Shown here piece by piece: positions 12,955 through 24,312 of a DNA stretch of 64,000 nt. The DNA is from Macrostomum lignano (Eukaryota), in the NCBI GenBank assembly GCA_002269645.1, contig NIVC01000665.1, positions 346,033-410,032 of the forward strand. Direction: 5' to 3'. Every line of letters starts with the position of its first letter. Position 1 is the stretch's first letter. The notes below the pieces were generated by a model, which was not told where the DNA came from, made no database searches, and worked only from the letters and a program-made list of their open reading frames with translations. Position numbers and translations under genes: made by a program.

Positions 12955-13145
12955 AACAGTTGACAGCAATTTGGTCGCCAACCAAGGTAAGTTGCAAAAA
13001 TTCCTATCCAAATAAATACCCAAGTAGTATAAGTAGATAACAAGGCATTTTGCCTTAATAAACCAGTCATAGTTACTCCTGCTATTTACCCAAAGTTGCA
13101 TTAATTTTGCTTTAGGGTTTCTTTTACATGTAAGTTGCATTTTTG
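12955..13145 (-). mobile_element. Decayed second copy of the 28S-containing core of the element at 19307-19603
   Basis: Reverse complement aligns with 19369-19545 (AAGAAACCCTAAAGCAAAATTA...GGGTAAA..GC.GGAGTAACTATGACTG...AAATGCCT...GC.ACTTACC). Confidence 0.75.
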
Positions 13146-13364
13146 GCCAAAAACTATGTCACATTTTTGTTAAAACTAAGTCACATGGCCAACTGAATTT
13201 GGAGGTTGCGCATATAATATATATGAATATTACCATTGATAAATAGAATAGTATAAATAGGAATTATAGTTACTTTGGTAATAGTCAGTTTGGTGAAAGT
13301 CACTTTGACATCTATTTTGGTGACAGGCCATAGTCAGAATGATGTACATTATGCCGGAAATTTC

Positions 13365-14064
13365 CGGTATACAATTGAAAATTTTACTTTTTTTGGCGTA
13401 CAATTGGCATAAAAAATGAGGCAAAATATATTTGGCGTACCTTTTGGCATGATGCCATGGCGTAAATACACCAAGCAGCGTACACCAACTCCAACCTTCA
13501 TGCCAAAGTTAATATTAACAATTGTTGGCATAACGCCATAACCTCAGAATCTTATTATAAAATCATAAAAACCGTAAAACTTGTAAGATGAAAGTTCATA
13601 ACTATTTGTGATTTATAAAAATTTTAAATTCCACGCAAACTAATCGTGTTAATTTTCTAAAAAAACTTTAACAAAAAATTGATTTTTGTTGGCATTATCT
13701 GTAAGCCAATTTACTTTAAATGAAAACGACACATTTGTTAAATTTTTATTGTTAAAAAATGTGTAACACGCAAAAATGGTCATTTATTGTTGCAAAGCCT
13801 AGAAAACCTGGTGTAAGTTCCTAGGAACTTGGCGTACATTTCAGTATGAAGTGGCGTAGATTTTTTAGGGGACTTTTTTTCTGGCGTATACCATGACATG
13901 ATCCTGACTATGGGTGACAGGTTATTTTGGTGACAAATATATATATATAAATATATATTGGTAGCAATATATATATATATCGCCAAAAGGTATGCCAAAT
14001 ATATTTTGCCTCATTTTTTACGCCAATTGTACGCCAAAAAAAGTAAAATTTTCAATTGTATGCC
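13365..14064. mobile_element. MITE/foldback-like element with ~85-bp inverted repeats (13365-13449 and 13981-14064)
   Basis: GGTATACAATTGAAAATTTTACTTTTTTTGGCGTACAATTGGCATAAAAAATGAGGCAAAATATATTTGGCG recurs reverse-complemented with few mismatches. Confidence 0.8.
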
Positions 14065-14389
14065 ATTCATAGACTAGAGCATTTACTTCATTATTCATAA
14101 TTATAATATATTTTTATTTATTTTTAAAAGTGAATAAAAATGCATACAAATTTTCATGTATATTTGAAAACATTCTCATATATTTGCATTTCAAAATAGA
14201 CTGCATAAAATATTTTATTAAATCTATTATATGAATTGAATGCCAATTACAATTACATATGTCAAGTTAGCTACAAATTAAAATGTGCATAAAATAAAAC
14301 CTTAAGATCAAATCTCAGTTAACAAACTTCAGTTAATAAAAATAATATTTGTATATAACAAAGTGAAAGGCATTTAAAAAAGGGTATCC

Positions 14390-17070
14390 ACGCTTTTCGG
14401 TGCCCAGAATTTTGGTGCGCCAGCTTGCTTTTCGGTGCCCAAATTATACATTGGAATTGGACACAAGAATATAGAAATTGAGCCCTTATAATTTGGCAGT
14501 GAGTGCTTTGTCTTTGCAGTACTTACTTACTTTAAAAAACAAGGTATTATTCATTTTGTTAAGCTGACCTGGTGTTTTAATTAAAAAAAACGGTTTTCGA
14601 AATTACTCGATTCGATTTACTTTACGTTGCTTGCCGCGTCTCATCCGCGTCAAAATTTTAAACTAATGCCCCAAATGTGCTTATAATAAAATCTTATAGA
14701 TATTTTGTTGTACTTTTATTTGCGGCTTGGTTTGTCATAAATTACCATAGACTAATTTCCTTTTACAGTTCTTTCTCGCAGTTAAGTTTCTCGCCCAAGC
14801 CCTCTCGTCTTTAACTCATAAAATATATTGCAATTCAAATCTAAGTTAAGTCGTAGTTTCATTACAATCTTATAGATTATGGTCCAATCATTTCAGCTCA
14901 TCAAATAATACACACTTCATTTCCTAGGCAGTTTTATGAAACAAAACATGATCGTCGCGTATGATTCAAAAAATCAATACTAACTAAAATACATATAGAC
15001 TTGTCACATTTCATAATTTCGATCAAAACTACATGTAGCATCGTTAATGGATTTCAACTTTACCTAACTAAGTCTTTATAGCACTGGCACACTTGCTGAC
15101 TGCTGCCAGATTGTATTGTATATTGGGTAATTCCACGAGATGACGGTTGTTGGGTTGGAGCAAATAATAATCAGTAATCATACAAAAGACAAACTAAATT
15201 GAGACTTTGTGAGTTCTATATTTATGGGCGTGACCTCTAGATTGAGATGAGATACATTTTAAAGTCATTTGTCTTACTGTGTTTATTTAGCAGAGAGAAA
15301 CTTTCGATGACGGTCGTTTTTGGTGAAAGTTTATGTATCCAACTTTATAACTTAAGTTTAAGATTCCTGCGAATCAGGCAAGTTTTTGTCTCAATTGATC
15401 ATTAATTGTAGTAAACAATAGCTAGATGAATGGTTACAAACAATTATTACATTTTAGTAGATAACTTTAACTGTGTTGCACATTTTTTCTTAAATGACGG
15501 TTGTTGACTGACGGTCGTTTGTTTCAAAAAACGACCTTCAGTTTTAAAAAGTGTATTAGGATGCTCTATTTTTAGATACAATCTTGGTTAAAAGATTGTT
15601 TATAATCCATAGTTGTTCATATAAAAACTATAACTTGCTTGTCTAACCATAAAATTTATTATACCTGTTTCACATTTCAGATCAAACGTACTTATGCACC
15701 TTCAACAAAAACATCACTTCATGATTGCACAACTCAACATATGATCATAAAGATGGACAGTCCTAATCTATTCAAGAATTCAAAGAATAGAATATAACAA
15801 TTAACAAAACCAAAGGCAAATACAGATTATTTGTTAGGCAATAAGCAGTAGCACCAATGGATAGTAAAAACTTGAGTCTAGTTAGACTACTTATACTGAA
15901 GATTGGGGCATGTGTTAAGGTGCATTGCAAACTAAAGTGGAGAGTTCTAGGTGCATGGTTAGTAATTGGAACAACCTTTTTAATAGTGCAGGTTGAAAAT
16001 GATTTTAAGGTATCAAACAAGTAATTGACAGTATACATTTTTAATAAAAGACTTGAATTCCACTATATTTTTCTTTACAATCAAAACTGTAAAAACTTTG
16101 AAAGAGAAATTGAATAAGTAATTCACATTAAAAAAAGACATGATTTTAGAATATCAGTAAATTCAGTTTTTTGTATAAAATTTAGGAATAAATGATAGTA
16201 ATTCAAGTTTTATAAAGATCAACAAATTTCAGAATACTAGAAAATGATGGTCGTTAGGTAACTTTGCAGGGTTTTTTAGCATGATACACTTATCATAAAC
16301 TAACAAAAATGACTATAAACTTAAATATAGGCTCAGAAAATATTTTAGCAAAAAATTATCAACTTATAAACCTCTTGAAAATTAGTACAACAACTTTTTG
16401 TAAAAAAAAATGATGGTCGTTTTTAACACTTTAAAAAAGGAAGTCAAACTTTTTAAAATAAAAAATTATGATAGATAGAACTATATTAGATCATAAAACT
16501 TTATAATTTCAGTCTTTAGATATAAGAAAGAAAGATTTTTATTATTTATGCACTTGATGCATTATGTTTATTAACTTTTTTTCTTATTGAAAACTAGATT
16601 AAACTTTTTATAATGTCCTGCGGGACATTTAAAATCTTGCAAGGGTACCATGATCAAAACAAAATATATATACCTAGAGGTAGATAAATGTGTATGAAAA
16701 TACATAAAAATGAAACTATACATAATTATATGCAAAATGAAATATTCACATTTGCAAATAATTTTTTAAAAAATTTCTATACCTTTGATGACCCTATCAT
16801 GGAATAACCCATTACATGATTATGTACTGTACAGCAAATGCATGCAATTAAATTGACCAGATTTTTCTAAATTTAAGAAGCATGCCAGCTTAATAAAATG
16901 AACACTGCTTTTATTAGAAATATTGAATGTTTTGTAAAGTATTTATTATATTTGTTATAGGAATTCATTTTTATTATCATCATTTCGGCATCATAAATTG
17001 AGGCACCAAAAAGCAATTTGGGGCACCGAAATGCCAGGCACCGAAAAGCACGGGCACTGAAATGCATGGA
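14390..17070. mobile_element. Possible decayed DNA transposon bounded by inverted TTTCGGTGCC motif clusters; internal ATGA(C/T)GGT(C/T)GTT repeats and weak hAT/BED-like coding traces
   Basis: GCTTTTCGGTGCC cluster at 14390-14455 is inverted at 17000-17060; SNVLMHLQQKH at ~15682 resembles the end of a BED finger. Confidence 0.3.
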
Positions 17071-18114
17071 AACCAAAAAAAGAATGATAACTATTAATAA
17101 GAATTCCCTATCATTGATTCATTATAAAAACAAATTAGACTTATAAATAATAAATAAGCTATATTCTATATATATATTTTGCCCCAAATTAACCTGTTAC
17201 CAAAGTGGATATTACCTAAGTAACCTGTCATTAAAACAGATATCACCAAAGTGATTGTTACCAAACTAACTGTCACGGTAACCAGTTCCCATTATAATTT
17301 TAATTATTATAAATGTGAGATAATTTTAAATGGCAGAATTTTAAATGCTTAAACAAATAGTGAGTATTCAGACAAAATGTCGATTGACATTAGGTAGAAT
17401 GTCACTGATCCAATTTCAATACACGACACAGGAGCATATATATCAAATAATTTAAAATAATTAAATTAATTATTTAAATTAAAATTTAAAATACTTAAAA
17501 ATAATTTGAAAATAGGCCTAAAGTAGGCCAAAAAATATCTTACCTCCAATGACTTTTTCATCCTGTCCTCCCTGTACATCAGGATTTTGAAGAACACTTA
17601 GAAGTTCTTGTGACATTTAGCATTAGCTTTTAAGTAAAATAGACTAAAAAGCGAATGGGTCACACTATTTTATAACTTAAGCTACTGCTAAAAGTGATAA
17701 ACGTATAAAGGCTAGGCCTAGGCCTAATAAAAAATGAATTCTTTTTTGGATTAGACGGTTATCAACGTTTCGAATATCTATTCTTTGTGTCCGTAAAGAA
17801 ATTTATTGAATTCGCTATCTGTTTATTTAGAGATTTAGGCTTTAGTAACTAGGCCTATGTTGCTTTTATTGCGTTCAGAATATATACTGGTTGATGAAGC
17901 GAACCGACGTAATCCAAAGAAAACTGAAAAGTTAAAAATTGACTTGATTAAAATAAAATATTGCTTTGATGCTGTCATATGTGTTGAAACAGGTAACAAA
18001 AAAGAGGTTCACAAAAATTTAACTGTTTAGGGACCGAGTCCTAACCGCGCCTCTTTTCCATTCCCACCTGACCGCTGCGCCCACCCGTATGGCACCAAAT
18101 AAAAGAATAATAAC

Positions 18115-18450
18115 GACGTCTATACTCCAAGTACCAGAACCTATGGCATCACCAACAATGGTTGATAGGTTTTTTGTTTTATTTAAATTTGCTTTAAGGT
18201 TTTATTAGCTAGAATGTTTAATTTCGGTGTTTTACTTTTAGTTTTTAAATAGGCATTTTAATAGGCATTAGGTTATGCTGTAATGTAATTCGTTGAAACG
18301 AAATATTTTAAACGCTGTGGTAACGCTTATAGTAATTGCTAGAGTTGATTTTTACTATTTTAGACATTTTTCTTGGTTATTTTTCGTTTTTTACTTGTAT
18401 TTTGTATTTTATTTTTTGGTACTGGTTCTGGTACTGGGAGTATAGACGTC
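18115..18450. repeat. 27-bp inverted repeat pair enclosing ~280 bp of AT-rich sequence (small foldback)
   Basis: GACGTCTATACTCCAAGTACCAGAACC (18115-18141) versus 18424-18450 reverse complement, one mismatch. Confidence 0.8.
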
Positions 18451-19306
18451 TTAGAATTGAATACTATTCATTAAATTCTATTGAATACTATTCATTGAAT
18501 ACTAATTCCTTAAATTACATTAATTAAGGATTAAAAAAATTACTGGCTAATTCTAAGAATACGAAGTTACAGACTTAAGATGTCCATGCATAACACTAAA
18601 TTGTGAAATCCGCATCACATCCTTCCAAAAAATTCTGGTGCGCTTTTCACACCCTGAGTCAAATTTCAGGGTGCAATTTTTAAGACCAGGATGCTATTTG
18701 CATCCATTCACACAAAAAACCCAGCAATAGGCTAGACCTAAATTGAATTGAATAGAATGACTCAGTTTAATTGTCACTGCGGCACTGCCATAGTCAGATT
18801 CCAAAGACAAAGTTATACACTTGGAAAAACTGAGGTATTTGCAATTGGGTACAAGAATTGACTATGGCAGATTGCAAAGCACTTGTTGCTTGGCACTAAT
18901 GCACTGAACGTCTTTAGGCCTAGCCAAATAGATAGAAAAAATGAAGATGTCAATAATAGCAAGCTAGTCCAACATAGGCCTAGGAAATGGTTGGGCAAAG
19001 TAACAGTTGAGGCAATCAAAAACAGAAGATGTTGCATCCTTGAGTAGATTCAATAGATATTGGCTGTCATTGGACAAAAGCAGTTGCTTCATTTTGTGGT
19101 TAATTTTGTCTATCCTTCTAGTTTGCAGCTGACTTTGGTAGGAGTCTGAGCATTTGTAAGCAATGATAAGGCTACTTGTTCTTGTTTGGTTACGAAATAA
19201 AAAAAATTTTGTCCAATCTATCTGAATATTCTATTAGAGAAGGGTGTACACAAAAGAGAAATGCAGTATATACCCATAGTTGATATGCTTGTAGCTATCC
19301 TACAAC

Positions 19307-19603
19307 CCTATTGCAGCGCATGGCTTAAGTACGCCAGACGCCTACACAACCTGTGCCACGCTGTGAAATGACTTACCTGTGAAAGAAACCCTAAAGCAAA
19401 ATTAGTGCAGTTTTGGGTAAACGGCAAGAGTAACTATGACTGTCTTATCAAGCCTAAATGCCTCGGCATCTAATTAGTACTATGTCCGTATTCTATGGGG
19501 TGGCATTTTTGCGACTTACCCCTGGTCCACCACCAATGCTGCACCGTGCAGGCTGATCCGCGCCGGACGCCGTCCGCCAAAATGCCCATGCGCTGCAATC
19601 AGG
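19307..19603 (+). mobile_element. 297-bp MITE with 17/18-bp TIRs and 9-bp TSD (Mutator-like length), carrying a 28S rRNA fragment at 19415-19478
   Basis: TSD TCCTACAAC at 19298-19306 and 19604-19612; TIR CCTATTGCAGCGCATGG / CCATGCGCTGCAATCAGG; internal GGGTAAACGGCAAGAGTAACTATGACTGTCTTATCAAGCCTAAATGCCTCGGCATCTAATTAGT. Confidence 0.8.
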
Positions 19604-19899
19604 TCCTACAACAACTAAACTTTTAGACAATAAGTTGATAAGATAAAGCATACAATACTAATGCAATAGTTCAGTTTGTTCAAAGTCTGCTTCTTCTCTA
19701 CTGCTAGCCAACATGTCTTCTATAGCTAATAGTCAATAAAAGAGCTGACTTACCCAACTGAGTCATTAGCTATTAGCATGGCTAGCACGTTGAACAATGA
19801 GCTCTTCCTTTTTGGAAAGAAGCTTTCATCTGGCCTATAGCCAGGAGTCTGAAATAAAGAATGTGGAAGGGCAATAACTATCACATTCAACAGTATAAT

Positions 19900-21395
19900 A
19901 CACAAATTTTGAGATCAATAATATCTTAGTAAATAAATAAAATTAGTACCTAACTATGTGCATACTAATAATAAAATTAATGATTATAATATGATCATTG
20001 TCTATTCACTTACTGGGATTTAGGTGCAGATGGTGCATTCCAATTATGTGTGCAATGAGAATATGCCCAAATGGTCTTAGAAATGAAAAAATCTGCTCAC
20101 AGATCTCACATCAATGATGCCCATTCCAGATGCAATGTAGATAGAGTTGTTCAACTGAGATAAAAACAAAATTTCTGCTAAATGGTCTCTATGATATAGG
20201 GTATTGCTATATGTATTTGTATATACAGTTGCAATAAGCATGAAGATAATAATTTACACATTGCAGTTATCATGCAATAAGTGTTTGTGGCAGGCTAACT
20301 GTCCCTTATAAAATAAACAATAGGAGTACCAACAGGGGATTCATCCTTTTGGAATGTTAAAGCTAGGCTGTTTTTTCTAAGCCTTGACTAAGTAATGCAG
20401 ACATACAAAATTCAATAATAGAACTTTCTATTGTGCACTTTATAAAAAACCATGTTGCAACCATCCAGGCTGTTGACATATTTCATGATTCTGACAAGGT
20501 CAAAGGGGCTAAAGGACTTGATATACCTACTGTTAAACATTTAAAGGAAATCCCATGCATGGTTAATACTATTTACCCAACATTTTGACTCATGGCCATA
20601 GCCATGAAAAATGGGCACTGCTAGATTAGCCTTCACTTGGTTGCCCAGCTTGTATACAACATTGTAGACAAAGGTAACAGACTCTTCTGGAACTCCAATA
20701 TGCTGAACCCCCGATTGGAGAAGAGTCTTTGGGTAGATGAGACTGAAATGTGACAGGGATGGTATTGAGACATTGTATCAAAATATCTCAACTCTTAAAC
20801 CAGAGCCTTTCTGTTAGTCTATTAAAGGTTCAGTTAATTTTTTATACTTAAAATTCCCTAGGAATGCAAATGTCAGAGCATGCCCAAATGAAGCTGTGAT
20901 GACAGGCAATAATGAAAGAGCTTGCCTGCCATCTAATTAAAGCAAGCGCCACAGGTAGGCGCGATCTCTAATGAGATATCGATGTGTGAAAATTGAAATG
21001 GCAGGCTAGGCTTGGCAATCAAACCAGAAGCAACAGAGGCTCTTCACCTCTAGCCCATTAGAGCGTCTCTGTAGGTTGGTCAGTATCATTGCTCTTGTGC
21101 AGTTATGCTTCTTGCCATGGCCAATCTCTAATTGACAGAAAGAGCTAATGAGCTGTGGTTATGCTGCATCAGCTGCCGACAGTGGATGTTCTCAAGATCA
21201 ATCTAGACAAATGCAGCAGCGCCAGTACTATAATAGATAATGGAAGTGTCACCTTGCTGTTGTTCTTTGATCTGCTAAGTTTGCACAGTTGCAAGAGCAA
21301 TATGGGTTATTTCTCATTGATAGAGGCAGACTCTGCAAGGCCAGCTACTATCTGCTCATAGTGATGAAATAATGAAATAATGAAATAATGAAACA
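19900..21395 (+). mobile_element. Heavily decayed non-LTR retrotransposon remnant
   Basis: GVPQG...WNV-like trace at ~20340, RNase H GNE.A-like trace at ~20900, 3' tandem tail (TGAAATAA)n at 21361-21394; no intact ORF. Confidence 0.35.
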
Positions 21396-21955
21396 AATTC
21401 AGTACAAGGCTTTCTACAAAGCAGACAGACTTTTTCTGCACTCTACATGTGATTTTTTTCCATTTGGCATATTTCTAAAATTGGCTAGATTGGTAGTCAC
21501 TGACACAAGTAGAATGCAAGAATCAAAATAATTTGGCCCTGACTTGATTGAGTGTTGGTTGCAATATTGAGTTAGCTATGAAAGTAGCAATCAATGTACA
21601 TCTCTGACAGTCCAAAGCATATGTATATAGCAACAGTATGAATGTATATCCAAATGCTAATTTCAATCTTAGGTAGACACTGAGTGAGATCTAGAGTACA
21701 ACAGTTTAATATCCAAGCTCGAGCATTATGCATAACATATATATTTTAGCAAAATAATTGCCTGTTTTGGCAAAAATACTTTTTGGCTATTACCATGAAC
21801 TATGCATAAAATTTTAAGCGATTTATAATATTTGTATTTGTACTGGAATGGGTAGAAATAAACAAGACTAAGATATTCAATATAACTCAAGGGATTGGAC
21901 TAAATCGTTAGCTGCATTCTGTTTATTGATTAAATTATCTTCAGCCAGCACCAGT

Positions 21956-24312
21956 ATGCTGCGCCGGCAGAACCGACTCAGGCGTGAGTTCGTCTACAAG
22001 AAGAGCATTGAACAGCGGACCAGCAGATTGCCGAGAGGAAACAGAAGCTGCGAGAGACTCTGGCGGCTGGTGGCAGCTCCCAGCTTCCAGACGCCATGAA
22101 GCGGCAGGCCCTGCGCCTGCATCGGTGAGTTTATAACTCAATTTTGTAATTTAAATACATTACCGTATTTGGCTTATCAACTGAACTTGAACACCGTCAC
22201 CAATCTGCTGCACACTCGCTAAACACACCGTCACCAATCTGCTGCACACTCGCTAAACACACCGTCACCAATCTGCTGCACACTCGCTAAACACACCGTC
22301 ACCAATCTGCTGCACACTCGCTAAACACACCGTCACCAATCTGCTGCACACTCGCTAAACACACCGTCACCAATCTGCTGCACACTCGCTAAACACACCG
22401 TCACCAATCTGCTGCACACTCGCTAAACACACCGTCACCAATCTGCTGCACACTCGCTAAACACACCGTCACCAATCTGCTGCACACTCGCTAAACACAC
22501 CGTCACCAATCTGCTGCACACTCGCTAAACACACCGTCACCAATCTGCTGCACACTCGCTAAACACACCGTCACCCAATCTGCTGCACACTTGCTAAACA
22601 CACCGTCATAAATCTGCTGCACACTCGCTAAACACACCGTCACCAATCTGCTGCACACTTGCTAAACACACCGTCATAAATCTGCTGCACACTCGCTAAA
22701 CACACCGTCACCAATCTGCTGCACACTCGCTAAACACACCGTCACCAATCTGCTGCACACTCGCTAAACACACCGTCATAAATCTGCTGCACACTCGCTA
22801 AACACACCGTCACCAATCTGCTGCACACTCGCTAAACACACCGTCACCAATTTGCAGCCACCTGGACTGGGACGGAGCAGGCGGCGAAGACGCAGACCCG
22901 GACCTGGAGCAGAGCAGCCAAGATGACGAGTACCGCTGGGCCGGCGTTGAAGACCCCAAGCTGGTGCTGACAACGTCGCGCGATCCCAGCTCCAAGTTAA
23001 AGCAGTTCGCCAAAGAGCTGCGCTTCCTATTCCCAAACTGTCAGCGAGTCAATCGGGGCAATTATCAAACTGCCGATCTGGTCAAAGCCTGCAAAGCCAA
23101 CGCTGTCACGGATTTGCTGTTGGTTAGCGAGACACGCGGCGTCCCAGACGGTCTGATTGTGTCCCATCTACCGTTCGGTAAGCGCAAGTCTTGTGCTTTA
23201 TTTTCCTATTTAAGACGATCCCTATCCCGGCCCAGCCCAAAAAAGGTCCCAAGATCACTTGCATCGCCCCAGACTCGTAAGTAAAATAGCAGAAAAGTAG
23301 TGACTCTCAAGATGTTAAAACGAGATGTCACAGTACAAAGAGTCGTCTAAGGACCTTTTTAAAGCGTTTTACTGTCGGAGACTCTGAAACGACTCTGGGG
23401 CCGTAGAGTCGCATCTTCGGCGTTTTAGTGGCACTCTTCCGTCGCTAAAAAGTTGCAGAAAAAGCGCTTTAGCGTCACTTTAGAATCGCTTGCACGTCAC
23501 TTCTGAGACGCTCTGGACGCGTTTCAGTCAGAGTTACAGCCTACTCAGTGTAGCCTACTGAGTTACGAGTAGTAGAAAGTTAGGCGCCAACATATCGTTT
23601 CTTGGACAATTCTTTTGCGGCTCTTACGATTTTACAACTTGCGTGACGTGATTGTGACGCAACAGTCGCCTCTCCGCCGCATTAAGCACGTTTGAGTCGT
23701 TAAAAAGTCACAAGAGTCGCACAAAAGTCGATAGACTGATGGTTAGACTTTTTAACAATTCTTGTCCCGATATGGTTTGGGATCCAATATCATTGAGTTC
23801 CATTGTTTCCCGACTGTTAAGTTTTTTGAGCCAGTGATAATTGAAAAATGCAACAATTCATGCTCTGATCTGTGTTGCCCAATTGCACAGGCCCCACAGC
23901 GTTCTTCTCGCTGCACAATGTTCTCATGCGTCACGACATGCCCGGGGTGGGCCACCAGCCGCAGGAGCTGCCCCAGCTGGTCATGCACGGCTTTGGCAGT
24001 AAGCTGGCCCAACGACTGGCCTCAATTCTCAAGCACCTGTTCCCGGTGCCCAAGCCCGACTCGCGCCGGGTCTGCTCTTTCACGATTGTTCAGCACGACT
24101 ATGTAAGCTTCAGGCAGTACAGCTATAAGACCGTTTCTGGTCAACCTGAGCTCACTGAGCACGGTCCAAGGATGGAGCTGCAGTTGTACCGTATCGTCCA
24201 AGGACCGCTAGACGAGGTGGACACAGCTGAGACCGAGTTCGTTGCTAGGCCTTACATGAATACAGCTAAGAAGAGGCGCCTCATGGCGGCGGCTGAAGAG
24301 GCAGCTGCCTGA
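21956..24312 (+). CDS. IMP4: U3 snoRNP protein IMP4. Exons 21956-22124, 22858-23177, 23891-24312; apparent 1-nt deletion at ~22018
   Basis: MLRRQNRLRREFVYKKS, DDEYRWAGVEDPK, TTSRDPSSKLKQFAKEL, GLIVSHLPFGPTAFFSLHNV, ELTEHGPRMELQLY match IMP4 (Brix family); AATAAA at ~24380. Confidence 0.93.
22190..22857. repeat. 34-bp minisatellite CACCGTCACCAATCTGCTGCACACTCGCTAAACA (~19 copies) filling IMP4 intron 1
   Basis: Near-perfect tandem copies with no spacers. Confidence 0.97.

Noticed and set aside
12943-13140. YLGIYLD motif suggesting a reverse transcriptase
   Set aside because: It overlaps the 28S-bearing repeat core and is not conserved in the better-preserved copy
19415-19478. Functional rRNA gene
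   Set aside because: Only a short diverged fragment inside a TIR element
19520-19604. Candidate ECM29 first exon (acceptor plus GTAAGT donor on minus strand)
   Set aside because: No frame resembles Ecm29, and it lies inside the MITE
22190-22857. CRISPR-like 34-bp repeats (also the 30-bp arrays at 4640-5540)
   Set aside because: No unique spacers, no cas genes, eukaryotic intron context
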